Source of the DNA: an uncultured virus (IMG/VR IMGVR_UViG_2806310702_000001)
Taxonomy: Duplodnaviria > Heunggongvirae > Uroviricota > Caudoviricetes
Strand: one strand, 5' to 3'
Length of the DNA: 64,000 nt
Virus record (IMG/VR): IMGVR_UViG_2806310702_000001
Shown here: positions 50,148-64,000 of the stretch, piece after piece
Numbering within the stretch: position 1 is the first letter of the stretch
How the letters are laid out: each line of letters starts with the position of its first letter
Program-made: the position numbers and the translations under genes
The notes under the pieces: model-generated
Told to the model about the DNA's origin: nothing
Databases searched by the model: none
The model's input: only the letters and a program-made list of their open reading frames with translations

Positions 50148-51541
50148 TATTTTTCAACCTCCTCAATATAAACAAGCCCATTTTCTACTCCCCATTTATA
50201 TTTTTTATTATTTTTAGTATCTTTAATTGTATTAGCTTCTTTCTTAAATTCTTCATATTGCGAATTAACTTCTTGTACTTTTTCATCTATTTTTTGGTTG
50301 TTTTCATTTAATGCAGTTTTAATATCTTCTTTTATAGAATGAATTTTTTCAGTATTTTCTTTTATAGAATTAAAGCTATCTTGAATATCTTTAGATAATT
50401 TATTTTTAGTAATTGTGCCATCTTGAATAGATTGTCCATCACCAAACACTAAATCATTAATTTGATTTCTAGTTACTCTAAATTCAAAGATAACAGGTTT
50501 ATCACCACTTCCGTCCCAATCTCCTTGTAGATTAACAATGGTTTGATTATCTTCATCTATTTTGTATTGTAGATGTTCTATTAAGACTGTAGTATCTTTG
50601 AAAACTTCTAAAGTATCTGTATCAGGATTAAAGGCTTTTATATCTCCACAACCTAAAAATTTTACCTTTTTAGCATTATTAACTACTTTTCTTATTCCTT
50701 TTAACTTTGTAGTTACTATAGCAACCTGTTTCCATTTAATCCAATATTCAGTATCTATAAGTTCATTTGGAGTATTACCTAAATTATCTTCTTGTGTAGA
50801 TACAAATATAGCACCATTATAAGCTACTGCGTGTGCAAATTTATAACTTATTTTAGAACTCCATGCACCTTTAAAAACGAAATTTAATCCATCTTGTCCT
50901 GTATCTCCTTTATCACCTTTAACAGTTAACTTTCTCCATGTAGTTCCATCATCAGAAGGGGATACTCCCTGTGTATCTTTTAAAGCTATATATATATTTA
51001 CACCTGTTCCGTCATCATAGTGAATGAAGTTATGCTTATTGTAATGTGTATCATTATTATAAATTCCTTTATCAACAAAACTATCTACTCTCATATTAAA
51101 ATTTTTCTCTTTATCATTAGCCATTTGAGTAAACTTTTTATCTTTATCACTAACAAGAGTAGTAAATTCATTGGTTTTTTCATCTACCATTTGAGTGAAT
51201 TTTTTATCTTTATCTTCAACTAATTCAGTAAATTCTTGTTCTTTTTCATTAACCATATCACTAATATCTTTTAATACATGATTTAAGAAGAAATCTTGAC
51301 AATTGGTAACTGCATCTGCTAACAAGTTCCAATCTACTGATTGTATCATTTTATCTCTTAATTTGTTGTTTAATAAATTGTTAAATTCTAACTTCTCTTG
51401 AGGAGTCATACTTGAACCTTTTTGACATAACTCTGTATATCTCGCTACATGAGCTTTATCTTCATTGCTTAGTTCTTGATATTCAGGTAATCTTTTTAAT
51501 TTATCTATACCGTCTGGAAAATTACTATATCTAAACGCCAT
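50147..51541 (-). CDS. tail fibre protein
   Basis: Short collagen-like KGDKGDTGQDG, aromatic carbohydrate-binding-like modules, coiled coils. Confidence 0.7.
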   Translation of the reverse strand: MAFRYSNFPDGIDKLKRLPEYQELSNEDKAHVARYTELCQKGSSMTPQEKLEFNNLLNNKLRDKMIQSVDWNLLADAVTNCQDFFLNHVLKDISDMVNEKEQEFTELVEDKDKKFTQMVDEKTNEFTTLVSDKDKKFTQMANDKEKNFNMRVDSFVDKGIYNNDTHYNKHNFIHYDDGTGVNIYIALKDTQGVSPSDDGTTWRKLTVKGDKGDTGQDGLNFVFKGAWSSKISYKFAHAVAYNGAIFVSTQEDNLGNTPNELIDTEYWIKWKQVAIVTTKLKGIRKVVNNAKKVKFLGCGDIKAFNPDTDTLEVFKDTTVLIEHLQYKIDEDNQTIVNLQGDWDGSGDKPVIFEFRVTRNQINDLVFGDGQSIQDGTITKNKLSKDIQDSFNSIKENTEKIHSIKEDIKTALNENNQKIDEKVQEVNSQYEEFKKEANTIKDTKNNKKYKWGVENGLVYIEEVEK

Positions 51542-51586
51542 TTTCTAATCATCTCCTTTATTATTTTAATTTATTTTTATATAACA

Positions 51587-52660
51587 TCAACACCCTAATT
51601 CCCATGTTGCTTTCTCAGCTTTAATATTCATAGATTCTCCTATCTTTTGTGCAAATATTACTATGGTATCTTTTTCCCAATCTATATTATTTAGTGGGGG
51701 AGTGAATATATGATATATTGACTTTCCTTGTTTTTTAAATATGTGAATTTTATTATCATACATTCTAAAATCAATCGTGCTTTCATATGCATCGGATAAT
51801 ATTACAAAAGGTTTATCATATTCTAAATTTCTAACATACATTTTCAACGACCAGTCTCCATGAACCTCAAATCCATCTTTATCATTTGCAATAATACTTC
51901 CTTTTTTTAAATTAATCCATTCATTTTCTTCATAACTTATTTCACCATCCAATCTTCTAAATAAAACTTGTATTACCTTAGACTCTATTTTAATTTGTGC
52001 ATTTTTATAATCATTGGTTAAATTTAATACATTTTTTATTCTTGGCTTAATATATATAGGAGTAAACAATACTAAGCCACTTGTAACCTCTATATTATGT
52101 TGGGTTAATACTTTTAACTCTATATAATATTTTTTTTCATTTTCTAATCCTGTAAATTCATATTGTAATTTATTATTAAATAAATTAGGACTCGTACCTA
52201 ATACGGTTCCTTCATAATCATATAATATAAATTTATAAGATTGTATCTCATCTCCATCAGTAACTATATTTCCTTGAAAATTATAAGTTTGATTTCGTAT
52301 TATCGTGTTTCCACCAGTGTCTTTTTCTAAGTTAATAATGCTTACTATAGGTTGTAACCAACAACTTGCAATACAATATTCAGACCATTCACTACTGTCA
52401 TTATCAACATTATAAGTTTTAATTTGTATCTTATATTCAGTTTTATTTTTTAATGTATTTTTAGGTATTAAATGCTCCAGTTGAAAACTTTCAATAGTGT
52501 TATCGTAAACAACTTTATTTGTTTGGATTTCAGCTATTTTTATTTGATTTTTAAAAATTTGATCTCCACCAAAAGCATTAAATTCAAATATATAATCTTT
52601 TGTTGCATCAAAAACTATTTCATTTTTTAACATTAAAGGTTTTGTAAGTATAACTATCAC
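51587..52660 (-). CDS. tail/baseplate protein with FN3-like repeats
   Basis: YKIQIKTY...SEWS; late cluster. Confidence 0.65.
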   Translation of the reverse strand: MIVILTKPLMLKNEIVFDATKDYIFEFNAFGGDQIFKNQIKIAEIQTNKVVYDNTIESFQLEHLIPKNTLKNKTEYKIQIKTYNVDNDSSEWSEYCIASCWLQPIVSIINLEKDTGGNTIIRNQTYNFQGNIVTDGDEIQSYKFILYDYEGTVLGTSPNLFNNKLQYEFTGLENEKKYYIELKVLTQHNIEVTSGLVLFTPIYIKPRIKNVLNLTNDYKNAQIKIESKVIQVLFRRLDGEISYEENEWINLKKGSIIANDKDGFEVHGDWSLKMYVRNLEYDKPFVILSDAYESTIDFRMYDNKIHIFKKQGKSIYHIFTPPLNNIDWEKDTIVIFAQKIGESMNIKAEKATWELGC

Positions 52661-52717
52661 CTACCTTTTAACATATTCTTTGTTATACAAAAAGGAGTGA
52701 CATTGGCCACTCCACAA

Positions 52718-53003
52718 TTAATAAACCTTATCTAATATTAATTTTTTACTAAAATCTTGATTCATTATTAAGATATAAACCACATCATTTGCTTTATATT
52801 CTATTCCATGCAATGATTTAATATCCGTTGTGCTATCATTAATTCTCACCTTATAGGTACCGTTATCATTCTTATTAATAACAGTACCTATTTCAGTATA
52901 ATTTAATCTGGTCTTTTTAATTAGTTCTTTAACAACAACAACTATACCATCTAAAATATTATTTATCTCTTTTGCGATATTACTCAAACTTTCCACCTCC
53001 CAG

Positions 53004-53014
<11 letters not shown>
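52718..53014 (-). CDS. small baseplate spike-like protein
   Basis: GTV...NGTYKVRI...DVVYIL; directly after tape measure. Confidence 0.6.
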
Positions 53015-60341
<7,327 letters not shown>

Positions 60342-60406
60342 GATTATCCTCCTTTCTGTTATAAATAAAAGGAAGGAGGATGTTCTAAATCCTTCTTCCT
60401 AATTGT

Positions 60407-60814
60407 TTAAGGCGTATCTGATATTATTTCGCAATTACATTTAAATTCATTGTCTATCAATTCTTTAGCACGTTCTAAATAATGTCTACCTTCGTAACTA
60501 TGATATTGATTTGTTCCTTTACCATCGTGATGTCCATGTTCAATTATGTAATTAACAAAATTTGGATTTTGTAGTGAACCATCAACTGCTGATGTATATA
60601 ATTGATTATCCGTATACACATATAATTCTCCATCTTTATTAATATGTACATTAACATTATTTAACATTTGATAAGTTCTTTCATATGTATTTGGTGTATA
60701 GTAATTATACACACATTCTCTTAGTGCCTGTTTAAATAACTCCCTAACTCTTTTTTTAACTTTTTCTAAATAATTGTTATATTCTTCTTGAATTTGTTCA
60801 TCTATAAAATCCAT
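60407..60814 (-). CDS. putative tail completion/neck protein
   Basis: YERTY...IEHG...R.YLE pattern; late cluster. Confidence 0.55.
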   Translation of the reverse strand: MDFIDEQIQEEYNNYLEKVKKRVRELFKQALRECVYNYYTPNTYERTYQMLNNVNVHINKDGELYVYTDNQLYTSAVDGSLQNPNFVNYIIEHGHHDGKGTNQYHSYEGRHYLERAKELIDNEFKCNCEIISDTP

Positions 60815-60815
60815 A

Positions 60816-61334
60816 TTATTTTTCCTTTTGAGTTTTTAATTTTGATATTTGATCAAATATCCTATCTTTCTCGTCAATGGTTTCAGCTTTACTAAATTCG
60901 TCGTATAATCTATTTAGCTTGTTTTCTCTACTTTCTACTACCACTTCTTTAGGTACTTGTTTTAGAAGCGTATTAGCTTTATCATTCACCTTATTAACTT
61001 GTTTTGTTAACTCTATCATTTTAGCAAACGAATCCATTAAGGTTTCATATATTAAATTAATAATTTCGTTAGGTTGTTCAATAATTTCTATAAATTTTTC
61101 ATAATCAACATCCATTTCTATTTCTAACAAATAAGGAAATAGTTTATATGCCAACTCTTGATCTGTTTCATCTCCTTTTAATTTTTGTATAACACATTCA
61201 TTAATTTGAGATATTAAATCCTGCGTAAACGGTTTTACTTTGATTTCACCATTAATTTTGCTTTCCACTAATTCTGCCTTACCATCAATAATTTTAATTT
61301 GTTTTTTAATTTCTAATTCACTAAATTTTATCAT
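60816..61334 (-). CDS. hypothetical protein (possible tail assembly chaperone)
   Basis: AAGGAGG SD; upstream of tape measure. Confidence 0.6.
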   Translation of the reverse strand: MIKFSELEIKKQIKIIDGKAELVESKINGEIKVKPFTQDLISQINECVIQKLKGDETDQELAYKLFPYLLEIEMDVDYEKFIEIIEQPNEIINLIYETLMDSFAKMIELTKQVNKVNDKANTLLKQVPKEVVVESRENKLNRLYDEFSKAETIDEKDRIFDQISKLKTQKEK

Positions 61335-61381
61335 TTTAAAATTCCTCCTTATTTAAACAATATAAAAAAGATAGATACTTT

Positions 61382-61918
61382 CTAAGCATCTACCTTTATT
61401 TCTTTATTTATATTCATTTTTGTTTTATTATCATATTTTGTTTTAAACTCATGTAACCTTTTCATGGCATTAATTGTGATTCCATTATGAAACGACTTCA
61501 ATATTGCCGTCTGATGCTTATTATCATCATCTAAGAACTCTAATACAATGAATTTTTCCACCGTTTTCTTTTTCTTTTTTGCTCCCAATGCAAATATTCC
61601 TAACATTAAAACTCTTGTTAATGTTATATGTTCGCTTATTTCTTCTGTGGTTTTTAAATTATAATCTAGTAATCTATCATATGATAATTTTATATTATAT
61701 GGTTCGGAAGTTAACGCAACATAATCTGGTTCTATAGTCAATCCCATGCTAATATTACTATCAAATATTTTCAAAGTACCATCTATATACTCACTTCTTA
61801 ATATATATTCTTTATGTTTACCATCTTCTTTCTCTTTTCTCTCCTTTTCTATTCTTATCAAATTACCTATTAAAGAAACAACAAACATTCCAATTAAAAT
61901 ATATAAACACCACTCCAT
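61382..61918 (-). CDS. membrane-anchored moron protein
   Basis: N-terminal TM; TRVLMLGIFALGAKKKK. Confidence 0.7.
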   Translation of the reverse strand: MEWCLYILIGMFVVSLIGNLIRIEKERKEKEDGKHKEYILRSEYIDGTLKIFDSNISMGLTIEPDYVALTSEPYNIKLSYDRLLDYNLKTTEEISEHITLTRVLMLGIFALGAKKKKKTVEKFIVLEFLDDDNKHQTAILKSFHNGITINAMKRLHEFKTKYDNKTKMNINKEIKVDA

Positions 61919-62007
61919 ATTTTCATCTCCAATCAGTTATAAATAAAAGTTACCTTTTTAATATTATTATATAGCAATACAACAAAAAATACCACTATTG
62001 AGTGGTA

Positions 62008-63555
62008 TTAATTTGCAAAAGAAGTTATACTACTTAATTCTTTTTTATCCCATTCCATATATGGTCTAATGAGATTCTTATTCAAAATTAAATTGTTGTT
62101 ATCTAAATGATAGTTAAACGAATGATAATTAATGATTCTACCTTTATTGTTAATATAATGTTTAATTAATTGTTTACATAATGCTAAATTATTGTTAATA
62201 TCACTCTCCCATAAATATAAAATTTCTATACCATGATTATTTACAATATAATTGTGTTTAGTTTTGTCATTAGCTATTCTTTTTCTCTGCATTTTATATT
62301 TAATATTGTTATAATACCTATTATCACAATGCCAATACGTTCCCATTACTTCTATCAGCAAATTATGTTTTAATAAATAATTATCTAGCGCATAATATCC
62401 TATAGGATATTCATTAATATAATTTTCACTTAGTTCTTCTAAAATGTTATTAATTTTTATTTGAATTGAACTATTGGTTTTATAAGCTCCTTTTTGTAAG
62501 TTATTAATTGCATTCTTCTTTAACATAGTTTTCCATTTATCAGTTTTAACAGTGATATTTTTAAAAAACTTTTGACTACAATTAACTGAACAAAAATGAT
62601 GTTTTCGCATTCGAGATTCGAACGCCGATTTTGTTTTTATTATGACTTTTTTACACCAATCACATGTACATTGAATATTATCCTTTTGCAAATAGTTATT
62701 TTTACACTTTCTATTACAGAAGTAATCGTTATAATTTAAATATTCATCTTTTCTAACTAATATATCTTTATTACAATATGTACATTTCACTTGTACATGT
62801 AGATTATATAATTTTAAATTATTTTTCGATGCAAAATTTAATATTTCCTCGATAGATTTATTCGGTATAAATTTTTGCATTTCGTTAATCGTATTTACTT
62901 TGTTATTTAAACTCAGATCAAAAATTGTTCTTAAATCTTGTATTGTCCAATCATCATATATCGTAATATTATTTTTTAACCTAGCAATCCTATCGCACAC
63001 TTTGCATTTATTATTATATCCATCTGATTTATATTTATCTAATCCAAATTCATTTAATGGTTTAATATGGTGACATTTATTACATTTTTTCATATTATTT
63101 GTTTTTTGATTATGTATTTGTGCTTGCTTGAAAGATTTCTGGCATTTTTTACTGCAAAACTGTTTATTATTTATAATGTCACACACCCACACCGACATTA
63201 TTTTACTACAATTTTTGCATTTGATTTCTACTTTAATGTTATTCATTTTGATTTTATTTATATATATCATTTTAATAATATCATCTAATGGTTTTTGTAA
63301 TATTGTAGTTAAATCGTTGATTTGCATTATTTTTTTATTAATTAAATTATCTATTAATGTATTTAAATCATATATGTTCCATTTTGGTAGCAATGTATAT
63401 TTTTTATGATAGTCATACCAACTACATACTTTACACTTTGTATTATATTTCTGACTTTTATTTTTATCCATACCTATTTTATTAAATTCACATACTGGCT
63501 TCTCTTTGCCACAACATTTACATATCTTCGTCTGTATTTCTTTTATATCTCCCAT
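62008..63555 (-). CDS. zinc-finger-repeat protein with C-terminal Vsr/DUF559-like endonuclease (homing-endonuclease-like)
   Basis: Repeated CxxC...FCSxxC; C-terminal EY..G.YALD...IEVMGTYWH...D..K...LWE. Confidence 0.8.
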   Translation of the reverse strand: MGDIKEIQTKICKCCGKEKPVCEFNKIGMDKNKSQKYNTKCKVCSWYDYHKKYTLLPKWNIYDLNTLIDNLINKKIMQINDLTTILQKPLDDIIKMIYINKIKMNNIKVEIKCKNCSKIMSVWVCDIINNKQFCSKKCQKSFKQAQIHNQKTNNMKKCNKCHHIKPLNEFGLDKYKSDGYNNKCKVCDRIARLKNNITIYDDWTIQDLRTIFDLSLNNKVNTINEMQKFIPNKSIEEILNFASKNNLKLYNLHVQVKCTYCNKDILVRKDEYLNYNDYFCNRKCKNNYLQKDNIQCTCDWCKKVIIKTKSAFESRMRKHHFCSVNCSQKFFKNITVKTDKWKTMLKKNAINNLQKGAYKTNSSIQIKINNILEELSENYINEYPIGYYALDNYLLKHNLLIEVMGTYWHCDNRYYNNIKYKMQRKRIANDKTKHNYIVNNHGIEILYLWESDINNNLALCKQLIKHYINNKGRIINYHSFNYHLDNNNLILNKNLIRPYMEWDKKELSSITSFAN

Positions 63556-63574
63556 TATTAATTCCTCCTGTAGA

Positions 63575-63709
63575 ATCTATATTTTCCTGATTTTTTACAA
63601 AATAAAAAGAGGAAACGAAGTTCAGGAATACTTCGCTTTTATTAAGGCTCATGACTTCCTTAACTATCCTCTATATCTATATTATAGAGTCTCCACTCTT
63701 TAATATCAA
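63575..63709 (-). promoter_or_regulatory. promoter plus structured 5' leader of the endonuclease gene
   Basis: TTGATA-17-TATAAT (63709-63681); three-way junction 63672-63608. Confidence 0.7.
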
Positions 63710-63737
63710 ACTTAATGTTACCTTTCTGAATATTCCT

Positions 63738-63935
63738 TTAAGCACTCTCAAAATGAGGTATAGTTAATCCTAAATCTATTAATTTATTTAATATCTCAAC
63801 TCTTTTCTCATACCATTCTTCACTTAATACCTTAGCCAATTTCTTATTATTAACTAGCCAATAATCTTCTATGTCATCTATAAACTGCAAATACTTATTG
63901 TATCCAACTTTGATTACATATTTATATTCTTCCAT
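63738..63935 (-). CDS. hypothetical protein
   Basis: AGGGGG SD. Confidence 0.6.
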   Translation of the reverse strand: MEEYKYVIKVGYNKYLQFIDDIEDYWLVNNKKLAKVLSEEWYEKRVEILNKLIDLGLTIPHFESA

Positions 63936-64000
63936 TCTTAATCCCCCTAATCAAGCACATTCTTAATATTTTAAGATTCTAAACTAACTCCCACTTACCG

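Noticed and set aside
49420..51541. Diversity-generating retroelement or invertible tail-fibre shufflon
   Set aside because: No reverse transcriptase, TR/VR pair or inverted fibre cassettes seen; the nearby serine recombinase belongs to IS607

Overview
Very AT-rich 64-kb segment of a large temperate Firmicutes phage or prophage. Gene content and order suggest an SPbeta-like / Clostridium c-st-like element (inference). The + strand block (1-37.0 kb) holds replication, nucleotide-metabolism and accessory genes: PD-(D/E)XK nuclease, DnaE, RecD2-like helicase, NrdH/NrdG/NrdD (with intein), FTR-like protein, free-standing LAGLIDADG endonuclease, dUTPase, three DNA methyltransferases around an EVE-like/PD-(D/E)XK nuclease, NCS2 nucleobase permease, deoxyribosyltransferase, thymidine kinase, a divergent GyrB/GyrA-type topoisomerase, 5'-nucleotidase and RusA. 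The - strand block (37.8-64 kb) holds tape measure, baseplate/tail genes, endolysin, ComEC-like nuclease, tyrosine recombinase and a holin-like gene. There is one intact IS607 (tnpA+tnpB) and two IS200/IS605 remnants. The most notable unexplained structures are: (i) a tandem array of four promoter-structured RNA-terminator units in the ORF-free convergence zone at 37.0-37.7 kb; (ii) recurrent ATAAAA-N6-TTTTAT palindromes at accessory-gene boundaries, resembling recombinase cassette sites; (iii) a strand-specific AATTAAATTAA motif across early intergenic regions; (iv) several orphan structured RNAs. No CRISPR, tRNA, rRNA or toxin gene was seen. All calls come from reading motifs by eye; no database search was run.
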